A DNA stretch of 63,781 nucleotides, counting the filler, from Octopus bimaculoides (taxonomy: Eukaryota), in the NCBI RefSeq assembly GCF_001194135.2. It is 5 parts of 4 records of this genome, joined end to end, with 100 filler letters (N's around TTAATTAATTAA, not from the genome) between each part and the next. Parts side by side here need not be neighbours in the genome. Positions count along the whole stretch, not along the records: positions 35,290 to 53,918 come from NC_068994.1; 4 more parts are not named here. One strand, 5' to 3'. Shown here piece by piece: positions 35,666 through 48,720 of the stretch (the stretch's first letter is position 1; every line of letters starts with the position of its first letter). Position numbers and translations under genes: made by a program. The notes beneath the pieces were generated by a model. The model was not told the DNA's origin and made no database searches. It worked only from the letters and a program-made list of their open reading frames with translations.

Positions 35666-35910
35666 AAGAAAACTTTGAATGACCTGTCCGTGTTTTCTTT
35701 GTATCGTCTATCTGGATGTTTTGCCCCTTTCTTGTATTACCTAACTGTCTGGATGTTTTGCGTTCTTGTCCCATTCTGTATTATATATATGTACATTTGA
35801 ACACATAAGAAGTATCCGTCATAGCATTCCTTTCACGCTGGAAGGAACAGCTAAAATCCAAACCACTATTAGGGATAAACCTTCGAAGGGAATGAAAAAT
35901 AAAAACATCT

Positions 35911-35982
35911 ACCATGGACCATTGTTTCAGCCTTTTTCTAGCACATAAAATAATTTGCTAGTCGATGTCTTCATCAGCAGGT
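35911..35982 (-). ncRNA. Type I hammerhead ribozyme, partly decayed
   Basis: ACCTG CTGATGA AGAC..CTAGC..GCTAG..GGCT GAAAC AATG GTC^CATGGT. Confidence 0.6.
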
Positions 35983-36374
35983 GCGCCTAGATTAAACATA
36001 TAAGTACTTCCACACACGCTAGCATAGTTTAATTCGTCCTTAGTCGAAAGACACCTGTTATTATGTCCTGTTATTTGCATTTGTATTTGTGTAACATTTC
36101 TCCGTTTTTTTTCCGTCCTTGTTTTCGTATACATTCGCTGCTTTCTTCCAAGGAATCTAATGCTCTTAGCTTAGTTTTTCCTTGGGGCTGGCCAGATTGG
36201 AGCAATCCCGAGTATAACCAGCCGAAATTGCAAAGATAATCTGGAACTCGACTGAGGAAAGAAATCTCCGAATGACCCGTCCTTGTTTTCTTTGTATTGT
36301 CTGTCTGGATGTTTTGTTGCCCCCCCTTTTTTTTATTACCTAACTGACTGGATGTTTTGCGTTAGGTTTCAAGC

Positions 36375-36711
36375 GTTTCAAAGAAAAGCAGGAGTACAAA
36401 CCCTTACGATTGTTTCGAGGAACGCGTTTGTCTTGGGTGAACCATCCAATATATCCATACATTATCTAACCACCTCTGAAGTATCATTAATGGAGTGATT
36501 AAGGGAATTTCGATTAGATTATCAAACTTGTCGGGAAACCAAATAGTCTTTAATAACGTGGCGCCTATTCTTAACACAGCTTTGAGGAATAGTGGTTTTA
36601 AAGAAGATATATTTTATATTAAAGATACCCTATTCAAATACAGATTAGGTAAATTTTTTCCTAACATAGCTGAATCCAGTTTTGATATCTCGCTCGTAAA
36701 TAACCCTCGTA

Positions 36712-36744
<33 letters not shown>

Positions 36745-37418
36745 CAGCGGCAAACTGGAAGACAGCGAGAAAACGGGATGTTATATGGTTTAACCCCCCT
36801 TTCTCTCTCCAGGTTAAAAATTTCCCTAAAATGGTTTTTACTATCGTCGATAGGAATTTCCCTGTGGTCCATAAATATCGTTCTATTTTTAATAGATCCT
36901 GTCTAAAACTTTCATACTCAACTACACCTAATTTAGAATCGATAATCGCATGGAATAATAGATTTAAGCTTGGGAATAACGGGAATATGGGTAGTCCCAA
37001 TATGAGTAGGACTAATAATAACATAGATAAAGAACGCACAGGGATGAGTAACCGGAATAAAGCCTGGAATTGTCGGAACCGCAATTTATGTCTATTAGGG
37101 GGTTACTGTCTAAGGAAAAACGTGGTATACAAGACTGAGGTCGTAACTGACAATCAACATAAGAAGGTATACATAGGAAGTACCACGGACTTTAAAACTA
37201 GACAGAGAGGACACCTCAGCTCATCCTCGAACCCAGGAACAAAAAATGCAACGGCGCTAGCTTCATATGTTTATTAACTAAAAATGCGCGATAAAGAATT
37301 TAGGGCACTGTCAGAAGTGAAAGTAGAACTGACAAGGAACGTTACTGCTGGTTTGAGTTGATTCTTTGGCTACTGACTAGCCGGAGCTATCTATCTGTCT
37401 GTCTGTCTATCTCACTAT

Positions 37419-37477
<59 letters not shown>

Positions 37478-37665
37478 ACTCGTTCACCTCTGTGTCCGTA
37501 GAATTTATCAAATTAGAAAACGCAAATTTAATATAAAAATATATTTTCTGAAATTGCAAATTATTTAAAATATAAAAATATAATTTTCAACAGAGAGAAT
37601 TTANNNNNNNNNNTGGCTACTGACTAGCCGGAGCTATCTATCTGTCTGTCTGTCTATCTCACTAT

Positions 37666-37724
<59 letters not shown>

Positions 37725-38345
37725 ACTCGTTCACCTCTGTGTCCGTAGAATTTATCAAATTAGAAAACGCAAATTTAATATAAAAATATATTTTCTGAAA
37801 TTGCAAATTATTTAAAATATAAAAATATAATTTTCAACAGAGAGAATTTATCAAAATAGAAAACAAATGAAGTTTGAAGTTTAAAAATAATAGGATCGAC
37901 CACTCACGACGAGCTAGCGCGGACGCGCGACTGTGCGGACGCGCGACTGCGCGTTCGGGACCACTCTGTGTGTTTTCAAACGCATGGATATAGGTGTCGA
38001 ATTTGTTCCAATAACTTTCGAGTGATAGATAGAGAGAGAGAGAGAGGGAGAGAGAGTGAGAGATAGAGAGAGAGAGAGATAGCTCGCTCCGGCCAGTCAT
38101 GGTATTAGCTGTCAGTAGCCAAAGAATCAACTCAAACCAGCCAGCAGTAACGTTCCTTGTCAGATTTTTCTACTTTCACTTCTGACAGCTAATACCATGA
38201 CAGTGCCGAATTTAGATTAGACTGGTAAATTATAACGGAAACCACCCCCATATAGAACGTATACTGGAAGGTGTAAGTTAAATACAAAGGAAGAAATCAG
38301 TATACTTCGTACAGACAAGAACATTTTAATCAATAAAATCTGAAG
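36375..38345 (+). mobile_element. Penelope-like element 3-prime part (RT thumb and GIY-YIG endonuclease), split by a MITE
   Basis: IKGISIRLSNLS..ALRNSGF; NCRNRNLCLLGGYCLRKNVVYK...YIGSTTDFKTR..H; resumes after the MITE as W*II...PY...GRCKL...LINK. Confidence 0.85.
37304..38207. mobile_element. Non-autonomous DNA transposon (MITE), ~100-bp TIRs, 8-bp TSD
   Basis: GAATTTAG|GGCACTGTCA...TGACAGTGCC|GAATTTAG; superfamily (Merlin- or MULE-like) not resolved. Confidence 0.85.
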
Positions 38346-38949
38346 AATTTTCTGTGAACTTTGAAAAATACACTAAATTATGTGAAGCTTTGTTAGAAGA
38401 TTTTACCACCAGATTTTCTGACTTCAGAAAAATAGAAACTGAACTAAAATTGTTGAGTGATCCATTTTCATTTATTTATGTGGAAGCACCAGCCAAACAC
38501 CATTGAGCTTCAAAGTAGACAATCTTTGAAAACCTATTATAGAGAACATGCCTTTCTTGATTTTTACAAGAAATTGCATTCTTTCAATGAATTTGATCAA
38601 ATTGCCAATTTAGCTAGAAAACTATTGTGCATGTGGAGTAGTACATACTGCTGTGAGCAATTATTTTCGTGTACGAAAACCATCAAAACTGCTGAAAGTA
38701 GAGTAAGGAATAGTATCATGAAAGCAGATACATTTTTGCCAAAAATTACATCGATTTTATTTTGTGTAAGTGTAATTTCATTTTTACTGTCAATAACACA
38801 ACATTTTTTGAATTTATATTAGTTATTAAAAATATTTATTCACTATATTTTGAACTTTTTAAAAGTTTATATTTAAGTACCTGTGTGGCCCGGTGAATAT
38901 ACTTAAATTTATAATTTGGCCCACTAGGAAAAAAGGTTGGACATCCCTG
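38345..38949 (+). mobile_element. hAT (Charlie/SPIN/Buster-like) transposase C-terminus and 3-prime TIR
   Basis: RFSDFRKIETELKLLSDPF...MWSSTYCCEQLFS; ends GGTTGGACATCCCTG|GTCTATAA. Confidence 0.75.
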
Positions 38950-39542
38950 GTCTATAATATGTAGTGCACTACCTTATAATGAGGGTGAATTAAAATCAAA
39001 CTTATGTTTATAACAAATGAGAAAATTGAATTAACGGCAGAGGTTGAGTGTAAGCAGTTTTTTTCTTTATTTCTTCGGATTCCTGTTTTCGATATCGAAG
39101 ATTACGGTTTTGCTAAAAGAAAACTCGTTTTCAAAATTTTAACTTCTCCCTCCACGCCCCATTTTTAAAATTTTTCATTATTTTGCAATTTTTTTCCTTT
39201 CAATCCACGTGGAAAAATATGAAAATTACGAATCTGGAAAAAAAATTTTTTTAATTTCAAATTTTCTTAGAGAACATCCTATATCGCCCCTCCCCACATC
39301 TTCCCGTTTTCCAAAAGCACAAAACTGCGTATGTTTTATGCTTGCGGAAATTTCTGAAACAGCAGACGAAAAAATATTAAGCCCTCAACAGGAAACTTGA
39401 TACGCTAGTAAAACCAGCTAAATATCTAGAAAATAATTTTTCTCGGCTTAATGGAAACTTTTTCCTTCTAAATCTCACCTTCCCATATCTTTTTCAATTT
39501 GATGTCATACCACAATTTTTTTAATTTTTTTTTTATTTTTTA

Positions 39543-40340
39543 TGTATTATGTTTATAGCAAATAACTCGTACTGAAAGCTTTGTTACTTTTATGCATTTA
39601 TACTCTATTGATCCGTTACGAACCTCTGTGCGTGCGGGCGTGCGATTGAGAAGAAAAGAGCCAGGTACAACAGCGGAAAGAAACACAAGGACAAGAATTG
39701 TAATTGACTGCCACACTTTATTCAACTTCATTCGTTATGAAAGGTACAGAAAAAGTTGATACACCTTGAATGATACTGCCAGAAGAAAATATATACTTGG
39801 TTTCTCGCGCAGTTGAAACTTGGTGATGTATGCTTGGATAGAACAGGAAAACAAATACGTGACATGACTTCTGCTGGAGGACAGGAACAGACGTAACGCA
39901 TCAAGGCTACCTGTAAAATAAACCTCCTCTGCCGAGATCCGAACTCGACCGTGCCTTTCCACCACACTGAAAAATAGCAGGAAAGATTCTTCTTTTTAAA
40001 GCTGATTGGGATTCTAGCGAACAAACATAATTTGCTCGCGCTAGGGTGGTCTGTCACGTGATGGGATTGAACAGCCCGCGTAAAGCCAGTAAGACTCGAC
40101 CATCACGTGACTAAGTCATGAGACCACTTGTCGAAAACACGCGTATGAGCTAATATCAGGGTAATTAAGGCTAAACGGCCGAATGATAAACATACTTCTA
40201 TTACAACATAATTGGACGATCCTTGGGTATTGGTCTCCAGAGTGTCGGTATGAGGAGATGACGTCATTCGCCCTCTGTTTTAGCTTAGACTTTTTATCTA
40301 TGTCGTGAGGGAAGGTAGTGTGGGTGAACGATGTCATCTA
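39543..40340 (-). mobile_element. LTR-like segment, boundaries unresolved
   Basis: GC-richer non-coding block, AATAAA on minus, ends ..ATACA on minus; no TSD found. Confidence 0.3.
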
Positions 40341-40479
40341 CCAATATCGAAGGACTATCAAAATAATTTTCCTGTTACCTTATCTTATCACTTCAGTTAA
40401 ATTCCTAGATAAGATAGATAAAGGCCTCGGTGTACGTTAGAGCCTATCTGTGTACTGTCACTGGCTCGGGCTCTCTCAA

Positions 40480-40665
40480 TCTTATAGAATATCTTGATGG
40501 TGCTGGTAGAACAGCTCAGTTTTCGAAGTGTTGATCTTGAGACCAAACGCATCTGCTGCACAAGAAAGACTGTCCACAATGTGTTGCATGTCCTCAATAC
40601 TGCTGGCCTCGAGCGCTGAGTCGTCTACATAGAGCAGCTCTCTGATTTTGAAAGGTTTCTTTTAT
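40480..40665 (-). mobile_element. RTE/BovB-like reverse transcriptase fragment
   Basis: KIRELLYVDDSALEASSIEDMQHIVDSLSCAADAFGLKINTSKTE. Confidence 0.8.
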
Positions 40666-41482
40666 GTTCTAGTAAAGACTATAGACCTTGTGTCTTGAGC
40701 TTTAGAGAGACCCAGGACTTACCCACATTTCAAATGCTATTTACTGCGGTCGTGGGTTTCCCCATTCGTCGATTAGGACTGTAAAAAGTATTTGCGAACC
40801 GGAATTCCCCGTTCTCCATAAGATTTGCTGACCGGACCGGTCTAAGGGCAATAACCTGTCCCACTTAAGGCTCAAAGTGTATATTATTATTTTGTTTTTA
40901 CAAATTAGCTGACCGTAATGGTTTTCTACCTCCGGTTTAGAGAAAGGTTATATGCCCACAGTCATTGGAGTCTGACAAGTCGTCTCTAAAGCTAAGCGCT
41001 TTATGGATGCGAAACTGAATTTAACTTCATATAAATACACTACTGCTCTAACTTTTAGAGTGCGCTTCTTTTTCGGATGTATCCACTGACGATATATATA
41101 TATATATATATATANNNNNNNNNNNNNNNNNNNNNNNNNNNNNNNNNNNNNNNNNNNNNNNNNNNNNNNNNNNNNNNNNNNNNNNNNNNNNNNNNNNNNN
41201 NNNNNNNNNNNNNNNNNNNNNNNNNNNNNNNNNNNNNNNNNNNNNNNNNNNNNNNNNNNNNNNNNNNNNNNNNNNNNNNNNNNNNNNNNNNNNNNNNNNN
41301 NNNNNNNNNNNNNNNNNNNNNNNNNNNNNNNNNNNNNNNNNNNNNNNNNNNNNNNNNNNNNNNNNNNNNNNNNNNNNNNNNNNNNNNNNNNNNNNNNNNN
41401 NNNNNNNNNNNNNNNNNNNNNNNNNNNNNNNNNNNNNNNNNNNNNNNNNNNNNNNNNNNNNNNNNNNNNNNNNNNNNNNNNN

Positions 41483-42699
41483 AAAAGAATGTTTTCAACT
41501 CATATATGTTTATTAAGTAAATACACGTAATTCAAAAACGTTTTGTGTAGCTTATTTCGTAACCAAAAGACAAGTACAGAAAGGCCAATTTTGACCATTC
41601 ATTTGACAGTGGTAGTAGAGAGTCAATCCAATGATAAATCTGACCTTGAATCTTGAAAGTCTGCATGAATCCTGGCTCAGTTGAATCTTTTGTGGCTCTA
41701 AATGATATCATCTGTAGTGCAGCGTTGTATTGCCTAATTTTGTTTTGGAAGTGCTTGGAATCTTGGTCAGTTGATGAGAACAGTTTCTTCAATGGCTCTG
41801 GAGGTTGGGGTATTGCAGGGAGTTTAACCTTTCCACCACTGCAGCACAGTGCAGATTTCTCTCCAGGCCACATCCTTGCTTTATAATATATGCACTCAGT
41901 TGTCATGAACTGCTGAATCACAATTGAAAGCTGCTTCATAGAAGTTGCTTCTCTTAGCTTCCTGCAGCTATCTCTCTTTCCCTGGACAGAGAGAGACATT
42001 CTTTTGGCTGACCTTGACATTGTAGACAAATCTGACACTTTTCTTCTAGACATGGTTGTATACGTATGCAGAAATACACAGATGCAGAAGATAGAAAACA
42101 ATGAAAATAATTGGGTAACGAAAATTATATTTCTTAATACGAAGGGCAGAAAGTCAACAAGAAATTTTTACGGAAAATGAAGAATTGTATGGGATGAAGT
42201 GAAACTTGTCAGTGAACCGAAGAGCCAGTATCGAAGGAACCAGAAAAATGCCGTTAACAGCAGAAAAATACAAAACCGTTGCAAAAGTAAATAAGAAATT
42301 TATAGGGAAATTAACTGAGTATACGGATTTAAGTGAAATGTTTTAAGTTACTTCTATCAGAAAATCCTGAACCTACTTTTATCAGTAATTCTGTCAAAAA
42401 AAAAAAAAAACACAAAACGTTGCAAAAGTAAATAAGAAATTTGCAGGCAAATTTAACGAAGTGTATGGATTGAAGTAAAATTTATGGAGTTACTTCTGTC
42501 AGTAAATTATGTATGAAACTACTTTCATCAGTAATAGTTAACTTCTTCCTGTAAGTAATTTGTCGTTGTTGTTTGTAAATAGCGATTGAAAAGTTACAGT
42601 GATTGAAAGTCAATAGCGATTGAAATTAAAGTGAAGACAATAGAGACTGAGTGAAATATAGAGAAATGAGGAGAGAGAAAGCTAGCTAGTTAGACAAAT

Positions 42700-42750
<51 letters not shown>

Positions 42751-43097
42751 TGAGATATAAATAGAGAGATATTGACGTGAGTGACGCTAGAAAACCCGGA
42801 AGTAAATATTTTTAAAAAAAAGCAATATTTTATATATTTTTGTATGACCAATTAATATAAAGGAGACAATCAATTTCTGAAAGTTACTTCATAAAGAGTT
42901 ACCTCCCTTCTCCACGTAACCCAGGAATGGGTATTTTCTGCTTCTCATTATGTGAAAAATTTTGAGAGTCTAAAACTATCCCTGAAACATAAGTAATGTA
43001 TGTTCCCAGTTTGGAGATCAGTTGAAAAATGCAGCCGTTCTAATCTTTTACACAGACACATACACATACACACACACACACACAAACACACAGAAAG

Positions 43098-43110
<13 letters not shown>
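41483..43110 (-). mobile_element. Helitron 5-prime half with RepHel N-terminus
   Basis: ORF 41532-42101 contains WPGEKSALCCSGGKVKLP...RQYNAALQM...FKIQGQIYH; 5-prime arm homologous to 52058-52500; 3-prime end lost in the gap. Confidence 0.85.
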
Positions 43111-43135
<25 letters not shown>

Positions 43136-43235
43136 NNNNNNNNNNNNNNNNNNNNNNNNNNNNNNNNNNNNNNNNNNNNNNNNNNNNNNNNNNNNNNNNN
43201 NNNNNNNNNNNNNNNNNNNNNNNNNNNNNNNNNNN

Positions 43236-43750
43236 TTGTCGTGATGTTGAGGCTTCTATGCCGGGCCGGATTCTTAATACAGATGTATTCTCGCAGGTGT
43301 CGAATTCTGGCTGTTATTTCGTGTTGAGGCGATTCACACAAACAGGGTTGAGAAGAGAAGCTGCGGTGGCTGTTTGGTAGCTTGTGTACGTAGAGTCGTG
43401 TTGACGCTGGCGACGGTGCTAGTAGTACGTAGTTGAAGTGGTTGTTTATGTCGTCGCTGGAACTGGCTGGTTGGTTGGTGCTGTGTTACGCGTGTGTGGT
43501 CAACGACCAGATCTGTGAGGATCTGAGCCGCGACAAATTGCCGCAGATAATTTAGGCTATTTATAGGAAAATAGAGGCTCCAGAAAGCATTAGAAAAACA
43601 CTCTCTCACGTGACCTTATTAGTGGCTACGGTTGGTCGGTTTACGTCCTAGCGGCAAATGGAGTGGAGACAATTGCCGCTCAAATAATAGTCAGTCAGGT
43701 GATGACAGCGAAAGAGTTGTTTTCTGCTACGCTCGCATTTGTTAATATAT
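43236..43750 (-). mobile_element. LTR/DIRS-like regulatory segment, unclassified
   Basis: CTATAAATAG TATA box on minus (43556-43565) in a GC-rich non-coding block; no termini identified. Confidence 0.25.
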
Positions 43751-43789
43751 ATACCGTGAGAGAGGTAGTTTCACTACATATATAAATAT

Positions 43790-43993
43790 ATGTATGTGTT
43801 TGTCCCCCCCAACATCGCTTGACAACCGATGCTGGTGTGTTTACGTCCCCATAACTTAGCGGTTCGGCAAAAAAGACCGATAGAATAAGTACTAGGCTTC
43901 CAAAGAATAAGTCCTGGGGTCGATTTGCTCGACTAAAGGTGGTGCTCCAGCATGGCCGCAGTCAAATGACTGAAACAAGTAAAAGAGTAAAAG
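43790..43993 (+). mobile_element. CORE-type SINE family C, 3-prime half
   Basis: Ends GAAACAAGTAAAAGAGTAAAAG. Confidence 0.8.
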
Positions 43994-46011
43994 ATATATA
44001 TATATATATATATTCCCGCACACATCTCTCCCCATACTGATGTGCATACCTATAGTCATCACTATATAAATATATCCATAGATATATGCATATGTGTAAA
44101 TATGTACACACAAACATCTAGTCACATATCAGCTACGCACATACACACATATTTTTCTTCCGCTTTTGTTCAAGGAATAGATACATAATAAACTAAATAA
44201 AATATGCAGTCACAGATAATAAACCAAATGATGATGATGATGATGATAATGGTTTATTTGCTTCATGGGCATCAAACGAGGAGGACATGACAAGGAAAGT
44301 TTACAATTTGTGTGTGTGTTTGTGTATGTGTGTGTGTAGGTTAGTTACTGTGGAGAAAAAATCTCTGTTATGGTAAAACCTGATATATTGATACCATTCT
44401 TTTCTAGAAAATAATTGAACAGAAATTATAATCATGTGGTAAAAAAAAATACTTAAATTCTACTGAATGAACACGAGTGATCAAGAAAAAGGAAAATTTC
44501 AAATTAACTTTTTTTTTTAATTCTTGGTCAATTTTCTGTCAAATGCAGAACTTTATGATGTTTTATTTTGATGTTTTGAAGTTCTACATGTGCACATTTT
44601 CACATTCTTTGGCTTCTCATCCATTTAGCTATTAATCCATGCTATAGTGTTGATAAAATGGCAACTAGAGTGCTATATAGTCACATGCTAACAAAAAATA
44701 AAAGAGAGACAAAAGTTGTCCTGCAAGGCAGTTGAAAAAAAATTTGTCAAAAAAATCTTTAGGCCTAGTAAATCTCTCGTTAGTATTTATTCAGAATGTA
44801 CTAATTCCTAATCATCTGTAAACAAAGCTTCGTTTGGGGGATGTATCACGCTTGTGTCAAAAGTATATATTCAACCTTTTGGAATCTGAAACTATTTGTC
44901 ATTTTCTCTCAACACCCTTTTCCCCCATGTTTGTAACCATCATTTAAACTTCACTAGCCATTCTAAAACATTCACTGCTTCACTTCACTAAACAATTCTA
45001 GGTTATGGAACCGTTTTTATGCACTTTTTCCAATTCTAAATTCACTCAAACCTAATTTTCTCATAGACGGGAAATAAAGAGCTTTTATTTTCTTATGATG
45101 TTGACATTGCAGCACCATTTCCTCTCTGAGTTTTCTTTGAAATTTCACACCTATTTAAATTCATTCAGTGTCGCTTGTACTTATAGCAGTGAACTGAATC
45201 CCTTGGTGGTAATTAGTTTCTAATCTGAAGGAAGGACTGGTACTACTAGTTTGGCAACGCAAGAAAATAAGACCAAGTATTCAGACTGAAAGTGTTCTAT
45301 TACAAACGTGCTTAACTCAATGATAAGAACAACACCATCAAAATTTGCTTAGTTATTAACTACATGGAAAAATATATCAGAATAAAAACCAGATGTGAAT
45401 ATACTTAACATTTATTTTCAATTAGGAAATAGTCATTTCCTGAAGGATACCAAGTTTTAAAATTTGGTTCTAATCTATGACAGAATCTACTTAAAATGTA
45501 ATTAGGGTATTATGTCTAAGAATTTTATTTTATTTATTTATTTTTTTTTTGCTATGTTCCTGCTTGGCACAGTTTCTATCAGCATAAAATATGCTGATGG
45601 TAGGGAAGGTTTGTAGCTGCACTAAAACTACTGAAGTTGTTAGTATTGATGTTTTTATCGTTTATATCAAACTGATAGAAGAGAAAGTATCTGAAAAAGA
45701 GTGGGTAGCGTTGAACAAATTACGAAGTAATGTATCTGACACTTATTTACTTTGCTCTGTGGTTCATAGAGCAAAGTTTACGACAAACAGAATTTGAACT
45801 CAGAAGGTAGAAAGATAAAAATAAAGACTTTAATACTTTTAGTTTCATTGAACAATGTAAGGTTTCCACTTACTATTACTTTTATTAATTTCTAATATAG
45901 GCAAATCGTAGAAATTGAGTATAGTCTTCGCACCAACCTCAGTTCAAAACTATTTCTTATTTTGTTGAATATCTATACAAGAATAAATATATATGCATGT
46001 GTATGTGTGGG

Positions 46012-46170
46012 CATTAGCATTAGGAGGGGCATCCAGCCGTAGAAGCCATGCCAAAACAGACATGGGAGCCTGAAAAGGCCTTCATCTGCTCAGCTCTTGT
46101 CAAACCGTCCAACCCATGCTAGTATGGATAACGGACGTTAAATGATGATGATGATGATGATGATGATGAT
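46012..46170 (+). mobile_element. SINE 3-prime half with RTE-type tail
   Basis: GGGGCATCCAGCCGTAGAA...CCCATGCTAGTATGGATAACGGACGTTAAA(TGA)n. Confidence 0.6.
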
Positions 46171-46622
46171 AAATATACACACCCACAAAACCCCAAAGGT
46201 TGAACAAGTAGATGATTGCATTAGATTTAAACGCCTGAACCAGCGTATGATGATGGGCATGCTGCAGAAGGCGTAACTCAAGATTATAACCGGGTCAGCG
46301 GAAGTTTGTTGCAGTTTCATATCTCATTCTATGTATGCCACAGAGGATGGTCATGAAATCAAGTGCGTGGATCACTTCCTGGCAAGTTGAGGTCCATCTT
46401 AAACAAATCCACGCCATTGGCACTTTCTTTGACTTTGGCGATGACGATATATATATATAAACTTACTTGGAAATGGATGCGTAGCATTCAATCAAATAAT
46501 ATAAATTAGTAGACTTGCCAAGGAAGAATATATACTATCATTTTGCTCTTAAAATCTATTATCTAGCCCCCCCCCCCAAGATTTCGTCGTTGATTGCGAA
46601 ATAGATTTTGCGGTGAAAGGTT

Positions 46623-47076
46623 TGTAGTGGCGCCTAATACCAGTTGCCATTTTGGAGAGTTCGTCCACGCATGCGCAGGGACATGTCTTCTGGAAGGCAT
46701 GCAGGAAGTCCTCATGCGCATGCGCGGTCATCCTATATCTAAGCGTTCCCGCATTTTCTCGACCTCTTAGCGCTGAACTTTCGAGGACACCAGTCGTCAC
46801 TAAGAGCGGCTCCGTCAACTCTACCTTGAGTCAACACATCTACCACGGAGACAGTGAAGAATGACTTAACCATCCAGCAACTACACCGACGACGTCTTCA
46901 CACCAACCATAAAGGGTGACCTGGCAAAGCCGTTACCCCGAGATGTAAGGCTGAGCAACTCGTAATAAATATTTGTTATGCTGTTTTTCAATTCATTCAG
47001 CGTTTTCGTTTCTTTATTAAAGAAAATTGATTGTACGGGATAGGGTTACCCGAGGATGATGGCCCTATCACCTACA
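46623..47076 (+). mobile_element. Solo LTR (454 bp)
   Basis: TGTAG...CTACA inverted termini, flanks GGTT/GGTC (3 of 4), TATA-like CCTATATCTAAG near 46733, AATAAA near 46963. Confidence 0.7.
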
Positions 47077-47199
47077 GGTCATCCAGTCATCTTGTGATGG
47101 TACTAGGGCTTCAACAACATAATCTGAAAAACGTCGGGACCCGCAAGCTTTTCGACCCATGCATTCCTCAATAATATTAAATTGACTCATTTGTTTTAG

Positions 47200-48720
47200 A
47201 ATCTCATCAAATATTAAAGAGTTTCTTAGTTTGGTTATTTCACTCTTGGCAATCTTAAGAAACCCAAGGCCATGGTATATATCACATTTGTGACTCTGAA
47301 ATGTTTGTCTACTGGTCTAATGATATGCAGAAATTTGCTAAGAATAAGGGTTAGAAAAACAAACCTTTGGGAACGAACTTGATGTAAAATTCCAGTTGCT
47401 TCAATACACGTTTTTGAATCTGTGCATTCGGTTAGCAAACCAACAATCTTGGAGTGATTTTCTATTACAGAATCAATGGCAGTGAAATGACCCGACTACC
47501 TATTGCTCCATAAGACGTGGCAACTTCAATCCTTTGCAGAGACTAGCTATCTTTGGCCGTTTAATAAAATTATGAAGAATATTAACGGTGTCGAAGAACG
47601 TAGCTAACGTCGGAATCCGCTTTATTGTGTTAACCACGATACGGTGCAACTGATGATTAAGACAATGAACATAGAGTATATATTTCTCAAGTCGATTCTG
47701 AATCTTTCTTTGCACGCCACCTATTTTGCCAGACATCACAGAAGCACCATCATAGCATTGTGACAACGCTTTGGATCAATGCAAAGGTTGGTTTATTCCT
47801 TAATTATCAAGTCGGCCAATGTTTCAGCGTCATAATGTTGAGTAGTTGGCATCGCAACTAACTTTTCCAGAACCCTGCCGTTTTTAAAGTACCTAATAAC
47901 AATTGCAAGATTTTCAGTATAACTCAAATCACGCGTTCCGTCACATTTCAGCGTAAAATAAGGAACATCGGAACATTTTATTTCATCGACCACGAGGTTG
48001 ACTGTGTGTCTGCTCAACAATTCGATGGTTTCGTTTTGCATTGCTGCTGAGTTGTAGGTCACATTTTTTGGAATCGTGCTGTAACATTCCATTAGTTTTG
48101 AGTCTTTCTCTAATGTGTACTGGAATAATTTCATAAAAAGACCACAAGGCTGCGTGTCATATTCCGATTAAAGATCCTGAAAAGCTTCATTTTCGTTTCC
48201 TCGAAAATTCGTTTGCACAAAGAAAATGAACAATATCAACAATGGAACTGATATAATAACGGTTTTTGCTCAACTGATCGTTTTGCAAGATTGAAGACAC
48301 GGATGTTGCTGTGAATAAACGCTGTTGGCGTTCCTTCCATGTAACCATAGCCTGGATATGGGATGCAGAGTTTGCATGCTTATTTAAACCTTTGTTTTTT
48401 TCTTTTGCATGAGGCCAATTAGAATATCCATTTTTAATAAAACAAGTATCAGCTTGAGCAGAAGTATTAAAGTGCCGACAAGCAAATCAAAACAAGATAC
48501 CAGCTTGACGATAAGTCAATTCTCTGAACTGGCTGCACTGGTTGGCAGTCGACCTGTCCTGGATCATCCAACGAGGGTGTCAAAGACTTTGCAAGACCTC
48601 CCTTGAGCTGCGAAACTTCGTTTGCAATTCTCTTCTGTTTAGCATTATTAGATGAATCAGATTGGAAATTCAGCAATGATTGCTTCAGTTCTTTTTTTCG
48701 GTAGTGATTCATTATTTTTG
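47200..48720 (-). pseudogene. hAT transposase (DUF4371/ZMYM1-like), disrupted
   Basis: YFTLKCDGTRD...LAIVIRY...SQCYDGASVMSG...YVHCLNHQLH. Confidence 0.85.

Larger units (their letters stand above)
35455..36360 (+). repeat. Two tandem copies of a Penelope-adjacent repeat (35455-35765, 35995-36360); third copy 58925-59290
   Basis: Collinear copies; copy 2 runs directly into Penelope RT/EN sequence. Confidence 0.8.

Noticed and set aside
37370-37848. ~235-bp exact tandem duplication (also 55 bp at 21503-21622)
   Set aside because: Copies flank a 10-N gap, the signature of unmerged overlapping contig ends.
34222-38949. One large hAT element bounded by ATCTATAA/GTCTATAA
   Set aside because: TIRs CAGCGTTTCTCAACC and CAGGGATGTCCAACC differ too much; a shared nnnTAnnn target preference explains the similar flanks.
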